IMG/VR virus record: IMGVR_UViG_3300025697_000015
Strand: one strand, 5' to 3'
From: an uncultured virus (IMG/VR IMGVR_UViG_3300025697_000015)
Lineage: Duplodnaviria > Heunggongvirae > Uroviricota > Caudoviricetes
Length of the DNA: 64,000 bases
Positions 1 to 10,091 of the stretch are shown piece after piece. Each line of letters opens with the position of its first letter. Within the stretch, counting starts at the first letter, position 1. A program made the position numbers and the translations under genes. A model generated the notes under the pieces. It was not told where the DNA came from. It did no database searches and saw only the letters and a program-made list of their open reading frames with translations.

Positions 1-16
1 TCTTGGAGACGGAGTC

Positions 17-235
17 TTGGGTGTTTCCAGTGACGTGTTTGTCTCTCAGACTGATACCGAAATCGTGGTAGTCATGGCTGACCCAAACAGCACTGAGTTC
101 AAATCTTACAAGATGTGGGCTACCAGTGGCAGCCGAATTGCTTTTGCCTCTACTGACAAGGATAATCCTTACGTCCCAGGTGAGTACAATTGCAAAATTG
201 AAGCTGGTAAAATCACTGTAAACCTGAAAGACTAA
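17..235 (+). CDS. hypothetical protein (probably begins before the window)
   Basis: Open frame at the window edge, ends TAA and is followed by a hairpin. Confidence 0.55.
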   Translation: MGVSSDVFVSQTDTEIVVVMADPNSTEFKSYKMWATSGSRIAFASTDKDNPYVPGEYNCKIEAGKITVNLKD

Positions 236-242
236 ATCCTAA

Positions 243-264
243 CCCCTCCTTGAAAGAGGAGGGG
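243..264 (+). terminator. GC-rich hairpin, possible terminator
   Basis: CCCCTCCT-TGAAAG-AGGAGGGG just after the stop at 235; U-tract is weak. Confidence 0.35.
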
Positions 265-269
265 GGGCT

Positions 270-536
270 TTGGAGGTTATTGAAATGCCTGATACAAATG
301 TTGTGGTGCTTGACGCACTTACTGTCTGTGATAACGATATAGGTGTCTGCTGGAAAATACAAGCAACTTATGATTTATCCCAGTTGCCTGTTAAGTACCA
401 CGTCCTAGCTACTCAGTCCATAGTACAGTCACAAGAGACGATAAAAGTATGTGATCGGCTCTCTGATGAAGAAGAACGGAATCTTGAGCTTGGGTATATC
501 GGTCGTTTATTTCGGTGGGTTTTTGGAGGTGAGTAG
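270..536 (+). CDS. hypothetical protein
   Basis: ORF in a tightly packed + strand run; ends TAG-TGA. Confidence 0.6.
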   Translation: MEVIEMPDTNVVVLDALTVCDNDIGVCWKIQATYDLSQLPVKYHVLATQSIVQSQETIKVCDRLSDEEERNLELGYIGRLFRWVFGGE

Positions 537-952
537 TGACTACTGCTACAGTTCCGTTAATTACTCAGGACTTCATCAAATTTACGATGAAAGATAAATT
601 TCCCGGATGCCGTCTGAGAATTAATGATCGGATGGGTGGTGTAGTTTTAGCCATGACCGTCTGGCATTATGATATATCCCTCTCACTAACTGAGCAGGAA
701 GTATCTCTCTCCGACAACATTGGGGAGACCATGATGACTTTGACTTATTTGCCCAAGGAACTGAAAGCCGAAAAACCAGCAAAGACAATCATTCTTCGTC
801 GGTTAACGACTGATGATCCTGCAAGGGTAGCTCTCTTTATTAAGAATGTGAAAGCTTATATGAGAGGGATCGTATTAGCTATCAACACAGCAACCTCAGA
901 CCCTGCTGAAAAAGAAGCAGATATCTTTGGTTTCGAGGATAATGATGGATAA
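536..952 (+). CDS. hypothetical protein
   Basis: GGAGG SD; GTG start overlaps the previous stop. Confidence 0.7.
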   Translation: MTTATVPLITQDFIKFTMKDKFPGCRLRINDRMGGVVLAMTVWHYDISLSLTEQEVSLSDNIGETMMTLTYLPKELKAEKPAKTIILRRLTTDDPARVALFIKNVKAYMRGIVLAINTATSDPAEKEADIFGFEDNDG

Positions 953-1502
953 ATGCAAAAAACACATTGTACCGTTACTTTGGGTAACCAAAAATTGGAT
1001 TGCCAGATTAAATAAATTTCTTCCACTCGAACCAGACACAATGTATGGGGTGTCAGAAGTGGCTGCTTTCCTACAAGCCCCTAGTTCTTTTTTGGTAAAT
1101 CAAACTAAAGGTTTTAAATCCCGTACCTCTATTTACAGAGGTACGGGAAGATCTGGTTCTATGATTTGTGTCTCTGGTAAAGAACTCCAACCATTGCTAG
1201 AATCCTGTAAGCTTCGAGCACCGAAAAAACCTAGAAAAGTTGCTCAGTTGATGCAGTTGGAGACCCCTAAAATCATTCAGTCAGAATTGGTATGTACTGA
1301 TATGGGTAAAGTTAGTGAGTTGGTTGGCAAGCTTCAAGATCAATTAGACAAACTCCCAAAGGATATGGCTAGAGAAGTCTCTTTTCAGTTGGCTCGGCAG
1401 TATTGTAGATCAAGATCACAAACTAAAGGTTTAAGAAGTGGGAAAAAAAAGATACCGTCGAAAAACAATTTGGAAACAAAGATGGAAAAATCGACGACCT
1501 GA
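945..1502 (+). CDS. hypothetical protein, possibly DNA-binding
   Basis: Basic protein; YGVSEVAAFL is HTH-like but weak. Confidence 0.55.
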   Translation: MDKCKKHIVPLLWVTKNWIARLNKFLPLEPDTMYGVSEVAAFLQAPSSFLVNQTKGFKSRTSIYRGTGRSGSMICVSGKELQPLLESCKLRAPKKPRKVAQLMQLETPKIIQSELVCTDMGKVSELVGKLQDQLDKLPKDMAREVSFQLARQYCRSRSQTKGLRSGKKKIPSKNNLETKMEKSTT

Positions 1503-1881
1503 CGGTACTTATGTTACCACAGGAGACAACTGGACTTATTGGAGAAAACAACGATGCCCTCACTGTGGCAGGAAATACTATTATTTCCGTATGCCCTGTA
1601 CTCGTGAGGAAGTTCTCTTAGGTTTGAAAGAGGAAGCCAAAAGAGGTGATATTACCTGTGTTACTCTTAGGACTCTCCTTGGCCGGTGTCATGAAATAAA
1701 GCTGGATGCTTGGGATGCCCACATTCGGATGTGCAGCGGTGAGTTTGATATGGAGAATCTGGAACTGGATGAAAATGGAGAACCTTCTCTCGAAGACCAA
1801 CAAGAAATTATGGAAATCTCTTATAGAGAAGGACATTTTCTGGACCCAAAAGTTGTGAACAAAAAACGAAAGAAAAAATAA
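1438..1881 (+). CDS. hypothetical protein with CxxC
   Basis: CPHC motif, basic termini. Confidence 0.6.
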   Translation: MGKKRYRRKTIWKQRWKNRRPDGTYVTTGDNWTYWRKQRCPHCGRKYYYFRMPCTREEVLLGLKEEAKRGDITCVTLRTLLGRCHEIKLDAWDAHIRMCSGEFDMENLELDENGEPSLEDQQEIMEISYREGHFLDPKVVNKKRKKK

Positions 1882-1883
1882 TA

Positions 1884-1912
1884 GCTTAGTTTATCTAAGT
1901 TGTGGGTTGTTG
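1884..1912 (+). promoter_or_regulatory. class-I phage promoter-like motif GCTTAGTTT-N7-TTGTGGGTTGTTG
   Basis: One of 7 intergenic copies with fixed spacing; followed by AGGAGG SD and the gene at 1931. Confidence 0.75.
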
Positions 1913-1930
1913 AGGTAGGAGGTATTTATT

Positions 1931-2116
1931 GTGTTACATTTTGAAGAAGTAAAAATCGGAGATTTTGTCCGAGATCAACAAGGTCTTGGACGTTGGTTGA
2001 AAGTTTTACATATAGATCGGGTAGATCAGCAGACAACTTTGGTTCTGAGTTCCGATATCACTCCGTTGATCCGAAGTGGTTCAAGGAATAAAATTGAAGT
2101 ACGGAGAAAACAATGA
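1931..2116 (+). CDS. hypothetical protein
   Basis: SD AGGAGG, GTG start. Confidence 0.7.
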   Translation: MLHFEEVKIGDFVRDQQGLGRWLKVLHIDRVDQQTTLVLSSDITPLIRSGSRNKIEVRRKQ

Positions 2117-2268
2117 GTTTTGAAAAATTCATGTTAACGGAAAATTTTGAAGTTAATACCTGTTGGGACTGTGAGTCCCGGATAGGTGAGGAATGTAGTT
2201 ATGATGGTCATGAGGTTTTTCCTGACAGTGAAATCTGTGACCAATTTTCAAAAACGGAGGTCACCTAA
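2113..2268 (+). CDS. small Cys-rich hypothetical protein (51 aa, not in ORF track)
   Basis: MSFEKFMLTENFEVNTCWDCESRIGEECSYDGHEVFPDSEICDQFSKTEVT; ATGA overlap with the upstream stop, GGAG SD, exactly fills the gap. Confidence 0.65.
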   Translation: MSFEKFMLTENFEVNTCWDCESRIGEECSYDGHEVFPDSEICDQFSKTEVT

Positions 2269-2269
2269 A

Positions 2270-3439
2270 ATGGCACGAGAAGCAACAATACAAAGAATTG
2301 AAACGATTAGCCCTATCAAGAAAGCTGATTTTTTAGAACTAGCTACATTTGAAGGGTTAGGCTGGACATGTGTAGTTAAAAAAGGGGACTTTAAACCCGG
2401 TGACCCCTGTGTTTACTTCATGATCGATAGTGAACTGCCCCCAGAAGCACCGTGGGCAGTTTTCTTGGCCGAAAAAGGTAGCACACGTATCAAAACGATG
2501 CGTCTCCGTGGAGCTTTGTCTCAAGGACTGGCTTTGAAGACCAGTATCCTGATGGAATCCCTTCATCCTGATAATGATGAAATCATTACAGGTATTCAGA
2601 GTGATAGTATGGGTATTGAATTCACTACTGAATCTGGTTGGCAAGACCCGGTTCGGTGGGGGTATGACGTGACCCATATGCTGGGTGTCAAACACTACGA
2701 GAAGCCGATCCCTGAAGGGATAAGCGGAGATCCAAAGGGAGCATTCCCCGGGTACATTCCGAAAACTGACGAAACGACACTCCAGAACATTCCGGCTATC
2801 CTACAAGAGATGGAAGGACAGGAAATATATGTCACAGTTAAATGTGATGGTACTTCCACGACGTTTGCCCAACTCGACGGTGATATAGATATCTGTGGCC
2901 GTAACTGGTCTATGAAGGAGTGGTCTCGTGAGGATGATCCTGATGGTAAGCCACCCATTCACAACCTGTACTGGATTATGGCTCGAAAATACGGAATCTT
3001 GGATATTCTCAAGGAACATGACGGGATTGCTATCCAAGCTGAAATGGTAGGCCCCGGAATTCAAGGTAACCGCCTCGGCCTCGACGAAACAGAAATTCGT
3101 GTATTCGATATCTGGGATATTAAGAAAGCTCAGTACTATGACTTTGAAGACCTCTGGAGTTTCTGCCAGAGATACAAACTCCCGATGGTTCCGATAGTTT
3201 ACCTGACGGGTAGTGATTCTCAGAACCACCTGTGTTCTGAGACTGTAACAATGGAAGGACCTATGTTGACTCAGGAATACTGGTTGAGGATAGCTGAAAT
3301 TCGTCATTACCTCGGCACGGAGAATCGTATCGAAGGACTCGTCACCCGTACCTGCAAAGCTCAGTACTTGGACGGTGTTCAGAACAGGGCTTCTTTCAAG
3401 GCTTTGAATAACATGTTTCTGTTGAAAGACGAGGAGTAG
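2270..3439 (+). CDS. ATP-dependent RNA ligase, DRB0094/Rnl5-like
   Basis: N-terminal OB-like region (ADFLELA...GWTCVVKKGDF, LRGALSQGL); motif I KCDGTS; AEMVGPGIQGN, FDI, EGLV, FKA; SD GGAGG before ATG 2270. Confidence 0.9.
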   Translation: MAREATIQRIETISPIKKADFLELATFEGLGWTCVVKKGDFKPGDPCVYFMIDSELPPEAPWAVFLAEKGSTRIKTMRLRGALSQGLALKTSILMESLHPDNDEIITGIQSDSMGIEFTTESGWQDPVRWGYDVTHMLGVKHYEKPIPEGISGDPKGAFPGYIPKTDETTLQNIPAILQEMEGQEIYVTVKCDGTSTTFAQLDGDIDICGRNWSMKEWSREDDPDGKPPIHNLYWIMARKYGILDILKEHDGIAIQAEMVGPGIQGNRLGLDETEIRVFDIWDIKKAQYYDFEDLWSFCQRYKLPMVPIVYLTGSDSQNHLCSETVTMEGPMLTQEYWLRIAEIRHYLGTENRIEGLVTRTCKAQYLDGVQNRASFKALNNMFLLKDEE

Positions 3440-3441
3440 TA

Positions 3442-3666
3442 ATGGCTGATAAAAAGAAACCCTCCAATGACGGTAATGGTACAATCATTATGGCTTGGAT
3501 TTTTATTGCCTTCTTAATGTGGGCAATGATGATGGTCGTATCAGGTAATATCCCTGACAGTTGGAAGACTAAGAAAAGAGTCCAAAACGAAGAAACGCCC
3601 CTCGAAGGGAGCGTTGACCCGAAGATACTATCAACGGGGTGGATGAGTAAAGATAACAAAGTTTAG
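3442..3666 (+). CDS. small membrane protein
   Basis: One hydrophobic segment. Confidence 0.6.
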   Translation: MADKKKPSNDGNGTIIMAWIFIAFLMWAMMMVVSGNIPDSWKTKKRVQNEETPLEGSVDPKILSTGWMSKDNKV

Positions 3667-3684
3667 ATAAGGTGTCAAGTTAAA

Positions 3685-4032
3685 ATGAAAAAAGAATGCC
3701 CATTCTGTAAAAGAAAATTTGCTGGGAAAGCTCCTGACGGAGAATCTTTCTACGACAAACACGAACGGGACTGTGAGAAACGTACCCCTCCCAGTGCTAT
3801 GAGCCTGCCAGTTCAAGTCCAAATCACTAAATGTCAGAACTGTGAAGGAATGGAGTTCCGGTTTGTCTGTCACTACGATAGTTGGAATCCTCGGAGTGCT
3901 CTCTGGGAATATGCTTGTAAAGCCTGTGGCCAACATCATACATCAATCAGGTCTTTGGACACAATAGCTTCGGAAGTTCCTTATGATACAAAGGGACCAA
4001 CGGAGCGTAAACCTCCGAAATGGGATAGATAA
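3685..4032 (+). CDS. hypothetical Zn-finger protein
   Basis: Three CxxC pairs. Confidence 0.6.
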   Translation: MKKECPFCKRKFAGKAPDGESFYDKHERDCEKRTPPSAMSLPVQVQITKCQNCEGMEFRFVCHYDSWNPRSALWEYACKACGQHHTSIRSLDTIASEVPYDTKGPTERKPPKWDR

Positions 4033-4033
4033 A

Positions 4034-4318
4034 ATGTCACTTACAACGTCAATGGAAGCAGCAATCCCTATATGGATTGCCAAACTATCAAAACAACCTC
4101 TTGATTATGTCCTTAAACGTATGGCTGAACAATCAAAAACCCTCCCCGGACTATTAGGTGGGAAAGGTGAGATTATGCTGTTCGGCGGTGGTGAAAAGGG
4201 AGAAGCAGCAGATATGTTTAATCAGACAGCCGAGGCCGTGGCCTTGATGTCTTTTTTACCAGGTGGTATTCATGTCTTTGGACACTGGGAATCAACACAC
4301 CCTGAGAAAGAAAAATAA
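4034..4318 (+). CDS. hypothetical protein
   Basis: ATG adjacent to the upstream stop. Confidence 0.6.
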   Translation: MSLTTSMEAAIPIWIAKLSKQPLDYVLKRMAEQSKTLPGLLGGKGEIMLFGGGEKGEAADMFNQTAEAVALMSFLPGGIHVFGHWESTHPEKEK

Positions 4319-4319
4319 C

Positions 4320-4739
4320 ATGCCTTATGCTGAAAAAACATCAGTACCTGTAGGGCGTAGTAAAGAACAAATTGAGGCTATGCTGCTAAAAGTAGGGGTG
4401 GAGAAATTTGCTTACCTATCAGAGGCTACCAATATTCTGTTGATGTTTAGCTATAAGGGAATCCCTTACAGAATTCATATGGATATACCACCCCATAGTA
4501 CTTGGAAAGGGTCCAAAAAAAGCAGAGACCAGGAAATCCGTCGTTTGTGGAGAGTATCTTGGCTGGTCGTAAAAAATAGGGTTGTCTTAATTGAAGAAGG
4601 TGCAGAACCTTTCCAGGCTGCTTTCCTGCCTTATATGGCAGTCGGGGGAAACAACACATTATACGAAAAAATGCAAGGTGCCTTGGAAGATGGTCGTGTT
4701 CATGATGCCCTTCCAGCTATACCGTTTTATGAACCCTAA
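4320..4739 (+). CDS. hypothetical phage protein
   Basis: MPYAEKTSVPVGRSK...AAFLPY; translationally coupled. Confidence 0.7.
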   Translation: MPYAEKTSVPVGRSKEQIEAMLLKVGVEKFAYLSEATNILLMFSYKGIPYRIHMDIPPHSTWKGSKKSRDQEIRRLWRVSWLVVKNRVVLIEEGAEPFQAAFLPYMAVGGNNTLYEKMQGALEDGRVHDALPAIPFYEP

Positions 4740-5035
4740 TGAGGAATAACATGTTTGAAGATAAAACTATTACATTGACCTGTGTTTGTGGATGTGGTTC
4801 TATCAGATTCGACCTTTTTGCTGAGGAACCAGAAGTCTGTGTTACTCCTTATGCTCTCATGAGCCGGCCAATAATTATGCCAAATTCTATCTGGAATCGG
4901 GTAAGACTGGCTTGGGGGGTATTATTTGGGAAATATCCTGAGCCGACTATGATAATCGACCAAGATGAAGTACCACTGCTCCATGAATTTTTACATCAAA
5001 CTGAAAAAGCTTTGAAAAAGAAAGAAAATAAATGA
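4739..5035 (+). CDS. hypothetical protein
   Basis: Coupled ORF with CVCGC. Confidence 0.6.
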   Translation: MRNNMFEDKTITLTCVCGCGSIRFDLFAEEPEVCVTPYALMSRPIIMPNSIWNRVRLAWGVLFGKYPEPTMIIDQDEVPLLHEFLHQTEKALKKKENK

Positions 5036-5541
5036 TTTGGTTTACTGCCGATCCGCATTTTGGCCATAGAAATATTATTAAATATTGCAAACGACCCTTT
5101 AAGGGTCCGAAAGAAATGGATACTGTTATTAGGACAAACTGGAATGCTTTGGTTAAACCCAAGGATACCGTTTACGTCCTTGGTGACTTTTCCATGTCCA
5201 CTAATAAGAAAAACCTTGAAGATTGGTTTAATGCCCTACACGGTAAGAAAACTCTTATCGTAGGTAACCACGACTCCAAGGCTTGTCTCAAGCTCCCGTG
5301 GAAAGATGTGTTTGAAGTCAAACAGATACGCCATTCTGGCCATAGAATCTGGTTGAGTCATTATGCCCATAGAACATGGCCGAATGCCTACCACGGTGCA
5401 ATGCATCTGTTCGGCCATTCACACGGAATGCTGCCACCCTACCGACGCTCAATGGATGTCGGAGTTGATGTCTGTGACTTCAAACCGATATCTGGAGACA
5501 AGGTAGTAGAGATATTAATGAAAAAAGAAACAACTTCGTAA
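5032..5541 (+). CDS. calcineurin-like metallophosphoesterase
   Basis: DPHFGH, LGD, GNHD, SHY and GHSHG motifs. Confidence 0.92.
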   Translation: MIWFTADPHFGHRNIIKYCKRPFKGPKEMDTVIRTNWNALVKPKDTVYVLGDFSMSTNKKNLEDWFNALHGKKTLIVGNHDSKACLKLPWKDVFEVKQIRHSGHRIWLSHYAHRTWPNAYHGAMHLFGHSHGMLPPYRRSMDVGVDVCDFKPISGDKVVEILMKKETTS

Positions 5542-5550
5542 GGAGAAGTA

Positions 5551-5751
5551 ATGGAAAATTTAGCTGAAGTAGATGTTGAGGTTTTAGTTCATGGTGAAAA
5601 AGCCGTGAAAGTTACCAATGGTGTTATGGTGTGTTGGGTCAATTACAAGATCATCGATGATGATTCAGAAGTTCACGAGAAAACCCCAGTCGGCACAACG
5701 GCCACTTTAGTCATCCCTGAATGGAAAGCTGTCGAAGAAGGTCTTGTATAA
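5551..5751 (+). CDS. hypothetical protein
   Basis: SD AAGGAG; converges on the glycan operon. Confidence 0.7.
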   Translation: MENLAEVDVEVLVHGEKAVKVTNGVMVCWVNYKIIDDDSEVHEKTPVGTTATLVIPEWKAVEEGLV

Positions 5752-6745
5752 TCTGACGGATTTTTTCAATGTCTGTTACTTTAACATCAGGGTTACAAGG
5801 TAGGCAAATAATCCGTTTGAACATTCGTGTTGCATTTGGCATATCAAGAACTGGACGATAATACTGTCGAGCATCAACACCTTCATTTTTCAGTTTCTGA
5901 ATCACTTCCTCAGCATTATCTAAGAATATCGGAAAACAGAAAGGCACACTGTTCTCCCCAACGTCAGGAAGTACCTCAAAACCATCGAAAACGGCTCTGT
6001 ATTGGACGTTTAGAGCTTGAAGGTGTCCTTTTATACCCTCAAGATTCCTAATCAAGTGGGCATGGATATAAGCTGCCGTGATACAATTCATTTTCCCATT
6101 AAAACCAAGATCTTGATGGCTTATTGATATCCCGAAATTGAGAATGGACCGAACAGTTTTCTCATATGCTTTCTTAACTATAGCCACACCACCCTCAGCA
6201 AACCCGATTTGTTTCGTATGATGCAGGCTGACGATTGAAGCATCTCCATAATTAAGACTGTTTTTACCATTAAAGAATGAGAACGGTGTGGCTGCATTAT
6301 CAAATACCAAGAGTTGTTTGCCTTGACCGGCCAGTTTCTCGTATTCTACTGGGGATCGTTGAAGCATTCCGAATAGGTTGGTTACGATCAGAACCTCAGA
6401 ATCAGGCAGTTCTTTGAAATTGAGGTCGTCATCAACGTCTGTGATCGTGGCTCCCTTGAGGGGTCCTTCAATGTTACTAGGGAACGTAAATGCTGGAGTG
6501 CCTGCCGATGAAATTCTATGATGGATATGGAAAGCAATGATGATAGCGTGTATGGCTGCTGTACCGTTGACAGATGCTATTACAGCTCTATCATCTTCTA
6601 TGGCCAGTTCGGCTCGGAGGTAGGTTTCCAGAGCTTGTACGGCTGGTCCGTAATTAGATAATTGGTTGCTAGATACAGAGGATGCCATCAAAACCGTGGC
6701 CAGAGAGTGATCAGGTTTCTTGTGATTCAACCATGGTATTTTCAT
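5711..6745 (-). CDS. DegT/DnrJ/EryC1/StrS-family PLP sugar aminotransferase
   Basis: NGTAAIH, FDNAAT, SLHHTKQIGFAEGG (PLP lysine), GFNGKM, ICLP. Confidence 0.88.
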   Translation of the reverse strand: MKIPWLNHKKPDHSLATVLMASSVSSNQLSNYGPAVQALETYLRAELAIEDDRAVIASVNGTAAIHAIIIAFHIHHRISSAGTPAFTFPSNIEGPLKGATITDVDDDLNFKELPDSEVLIVTNLFGMLQRSPVEYEKLAGQGKQLLVFDNAATPFSFFNGKNSLNYGDASIVSLHHTKQIGFAEGGVAIVKKAYEKTVRSILNFGISISHQDLGFNGKMNCITAAYIHAHLIRNLEGIKGHLQALNVQYRAVFDGFEVLPDVGENSVPFCFPIFLDNAEEVIQKLKNEGVDARQYYRPVLDMPNATRMFKRIICLPCNPDVKVTDIEKIRQIIQDLLRQLSIQG

Positions 6746-7693
6746 TTACCACCTGTAGTATTCTTTGAAGTGTTTTACCAGTCCGGGAATGTCTTTCAAG
6801 ACCCGACGTTTAGGCTCCCATCCCAAAGATCTCAGTTTTGAATCGTCTACGGCATATCGAACATCTTGACCCACTCGTTTATAGGTCAGGTCTACATATT
6901 GTTTCCAGTCACAATCTTCTCCGTGAAAAGCCTTGATGATAGTTTTCACAATCTCAATATTTTTTAAAATGTCCGGGCCAGAAATATTAAATACCCCTTC
7001 TTGGGTATTTTGACCCATTAGCATCAGGATTGCCCGGGCAGTATCTTCTGCATGAAGCCATGTACGATAAGGTTCCCCTTGATTATGAAGGATGATAGGA
7101 TGTTCTCGTTGGAGATTTTTAACAGAAAGGGGGATAAGTTTCTCTGGGTATTGATGTTCCCCGTAATTGTTAGTTGGTCGGACCAGAATGTATTTGTGTC
7201 CGAATGTTCTTGCCCAAGCTTGAATAATCAGATCCCCAGCAGCTTTAGTTGCTGAGTAAGGGTTGCTGGGATTCAAGAAAGAATTTTCGTCAAAGAATCC
7301 CTTGTCGATGTCCCCATAGACTTCATCGGTACTGAAATGAAGAAATGTTGGACGACGAGCTGTGTTTCTCCGCTTGTGTAACATTTTAAGAATATTATAA
7401 ACACCATGGATATTACTAGCAATAAATTCCGTTGTCCCGATGATGCTGTTATCTACATGAGTTTCAGCAGCCATATTGACAATGTAGTCACAATCAGGGA
7501 AGAATGTTGTGTTTTCAATCCCGATTTCTTCAAAATGGAAGTTAGGATTATTTTGAAATTCACCCAGTAGGTTGAGGTTAGCAGCATAAGTACATTTGTC
7601 TATACCGTAAACCATCCAACCCTGTTCTAAACAGAGACGGGTTAAATGGGAAGCCATGAAACCTAAACAGCCTGTGATGGTTACAATTTTCAT
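6746..7693 (-). CDS. rfbB: dTDP-glucose 4,6-dehydratase
   Basis: TGCLGFM, DKCTYA, AAETHVDNSI, STDEVYG, PSNPYSATKA, NNYGEHQYPEKLIP. Confidence 0.92.
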   Translation of the reverse strand: MKIVTITGCLGFMASHLTRLCLEQGWMVYGIDKCTYAANLNLLGEFQNNPNFHFEEIGIENTTFFPDCDYIVNMAAETHVDNSIIGTTEFIASNIHGVYNILKMLHKRRNTARRPTFLHFSTDEVYGDIDKGFFDENSFLNPSNPYSATKAAGDLIIQAWARTFGHKYILVRPTNNYGEHQYPEKLIPLSVKNLQREHPIILHNQGEPYRTWLHAEDTARAILMLMGQNTQEGVFNISGPDILKNIEIVKTIIKAFHGEDCDWKQYVDLTYKRVGQDVRYAVDDSKLRSLGWEPKRRVLKDIPGLVKHFKEYYRW

Positions 7694-8298
7694 TTGTAAG
7701 GCCCTTTTAAAATAGCTGGTACACCTAAATAAGTACCAGGTTCTGTTATATCGTTTGTTATGACTGAACCAGCCCCAATTCTTACACGATCAGTAATTTT
7801 TATTCCTTCTAATGTACAGGAATTTGCACCAAATCTTACATCATTACCTATTTGAGTATGACCACTAAGAGTTACTGATGGTGCCGTTGTAAAATATTTT
7901 CCTGTATTGATATCATGACCAATAGTTGTATAAAGACTGATTTGAGAATAATCTCCGAGATTAACGGATGCCCTGACAGTAGCAAAAGCACATATTACAG
8001 AACCCTTCCCAATATGTGCTCTTTTGGAAACCAGTGCTCTAGGGTGAATTAACGTCATTATTTCAATATTATCAGGAAGCCTGGATATTATTTTTTTCCG
8101 TGTTGTGACATCTCCTATAGCCAATACCACACTATGGATATTAGGTTTTAAATTGTCAATTGAGATCATAGGAATCCCAAAAAAAGGTTTTTTCTTAAAA
8201 TCATCTGCAAAGAAAGCTGGTGTGTAACTATTAGCTTCTAAATTTTCCATTACTGCTTGACCAAACCCCCCAGCTCCTATAATACATATCTTTTTCAT
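7690..8298 (-). CDS. sugar acyltransferase, NeuD/PglD family
   Basis: IIGAGGFG N-domain followed by hexapeptide repeats and GVPA. Confidence 0.88.
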   Translation of the reverse strand: MKKICIIGAGGFGQAVMENLEANSYTPAFFADDFKKKPFFGIPMISIDNLKPNIHSVVLAIGDVTTRKKIISRLPDNIEIMTLIHPRALVSKRAHIGKGSVICAFATVRASVNLGDYSQISLYTTIGHDINTGKYFTTAPSVTLSGHTQIGNDVRFGANSCTLEGIKITDRVRIGAGSVITNDITEPGTYLGVPAILKGPYK

Positions 8299-8786
8299 TT
8301 GATTTTCCTTGCTGGAGACCCTACATAAGTACCGGGGTCTGTGGTATTGTTAATAATTAATGTGTTATATCCAGTGGTCACATCGGGACCAACGGTGCAT
8401 CCTGCAGCAATGATAGTACGCATTCCAATAACACACCCAGAATGGATTTCTGTAAACAAATCATCCATCTGTTTTCTGGATTGTATTTGTTTTGAGTGGG
8501 ATGTAATAACAGAGCCTCCGAAATAAACATTATCGTGGATGATAACATTTCTTGAAATCAGAGAACGCTTACTTATTCGGACATTATTACCTATGGTACA
8601 AGGTCCTGTTGTATTACAATAATCATCCATTTCAACATCATTACCAATGATAGTCCCTGAACATAATTTCACATAATCACCGAGAGTTACATTATCCCCA
8701 ACAGTAACCCCATCCTCAATAATAACAAATTTTCCGATTTTGAAATTGGAACCTGATTTGAAATCCTCAGCTATAAAATTAGTCAT
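8295..8786 (-). CDS. hexapeptide-repeat acyltransferase
   Basis: [LIV]G[DN] left-handed beta-helix repeats; ends GSPARKIK. Confidence 0.85.
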   Translation of the reverse strand: MTNFIAEDFKSGSNFKIGKFVIIEDGVTVGDNVTLGDYVKLCSGTIIGNDVEMDDYCNTTGPCTIGNNVRISKRSLISRNVIIHDNVYFGGSVITSHSKQIQSRKQMDDLFTEIHSGCVIGMRTIIAAGCTVGPDVTTGYNTLIINNTTDPGTYVGSPARKIK

Positions 8787-8790
8787 CTGA

Positions 8791-9324
8791 TTATTTCACT
8801 CCTTCCACAATCAAATTGCTGAATTCTGGACCCCGCCGTTCAAGTCCTGATAGTTCTGGGAAATTACTTTTACGGTGTTCTACAAGATAGACTTTATGGA
8901 ATCCAGCAGCTTTCATTAAAGCTGTAAGTGTTTCTTCATCATAGATAAATTGATGGCCCCATTCCCTGAAAACCCCATTAAGATAAACAGCCCCAGTTTT
9001 CACAGGGAAGTCTAATTGTTTAATCCAATCTCGTTCGGTCCAATTTCCTGAATTATAAAGTTCTAGGGCTGCTTTTAATCCTGGTACAGCTACTCGTAAT
9101 ACTCCGCCTGATTTTAACATTTTATGGCATATTTTAGTGGCTTTGAATCCATTTTCACGAGAAAAATGTTCCCACACATGCTCACTAAAAATGAAAGATG
9201 CACTGTTGTCCTCAAAGGGGCAGGGATGTCTAATCACATCCCATTGAACATCACTTTTTTTAGTCCTGTCTATATTCACCCAATTTTTTAAAAGGTGTCC
9301 ACCACAACCAATATGGATTTTCAT
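8791..9324 (-). CDS. class I SAM-dependent methyltransferase
   Basis: HIGCG, WVNID, SEHVWEH, LKSGGVLRVAVP. Confidence 0.85.
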   Translation of the reverse strand: MKIHIGCGGHLLKNWVNIDRTKKSDVQWDVIRHPCPFEDNSASFIFSEHVWEHFSRENGFKATKICHKMLKSGGVLRVAVPGLKAALELYNSGNWTERDWIKQLDFPVKTGAVYLNGVFREWGHQFIYDEETLTALMKAAGFHKVYLVEHRKSNFPELSGLERRGPEFSNLIVEGVK

Positions 9325-10088
9325 TTCTTTGGTTCTCCTTTTACAATTAAACAATGAGATTGTATTCCTGTCGGATTAAACCATTGTCGAGTAGGGACTC
9401 CTCCCCAAGCATCTAAGGTAGCTCCCATATCAATACATATTTTCCCAAACTTATCTCGTAAATATACCCCTGTGTCTTTGCCCCCTGCCCCATTAGCCCA
9501 TAGAACTACAGTTTCTTTTATAGAATGTAAAGCTTGAAGCCTAGTCTCCCTGTCTTGTAATTTATCTTTACGGTCCACTTTGGTGTAAGATATAGGACAG
9601 CCTAATAATTGATCAAGGTTATTACGCCTCATCCCATCTACATAAGTCCCTATTATATGAATACCTTTTAAGTCTCCTAATAATTCTCGGAAAGATTTAA
9701 TAGACCCTAAATAAGAAGACCTACAAATTTGGTGGTCTGCAATGATGGAAGGGACAGGTAAACCCCAACTCTCAAAATCTTTAGTATATAAGCGTCCGTC
9801 TAAAAATACTTTTTTCATAGGGCAACTATCTTCGGCTAAGATACCCAACATGTCGGTACGGAGTGCTCTTTTTAATACCTCCCCCATATCATTAAAGGCT
9901 TGTTCTTTTTCATCTGGGTATTGAAAACCCCAATTATTACACAAAGCCTTAGCAATGAAATCTTTTCTTTTTAGGACTGCAACATCCCCATCCCCAAACC
10001 GAGTAAATGTGAAGGGTTCTCTTTTTTTGATAACATCCTTCAATAAAAAAAATGTATCCTGATCTGATATAGTTGGAATTAATAACAT
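9321..10088 (-). CDS. GT-D-fold (DUF1792-like) glycosyltransferase
   Basis: FTRFGDGD N-terminal motif and IDMGATLD C-terminal motif. Confidence 0.75.
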   Translation of the reverse strand: MLLIPTISDQDTFFLLKDVIKKREPFTFTRFGDGDVAVLKRKDFIAKALCNNWGFQYPDEKEQAFNDMGEVLKRALRTDMLGILAEDSCPMKKVFLDGRLYTKDFESWGLPVPSIIADHQICRSSYLGSIKSFRELLGDLKGIHIIGTYVDGMRRNNLDQLLGCPISYTKVDRKDKLQDRETRLQALHSIKETVVLWANGAGGKDTGVYLRDKFGKICIDMGATLDAWGGVPTRQWFNPTGIQSHCLIVKGEPKK

Positions 10089-10091
10089 AAT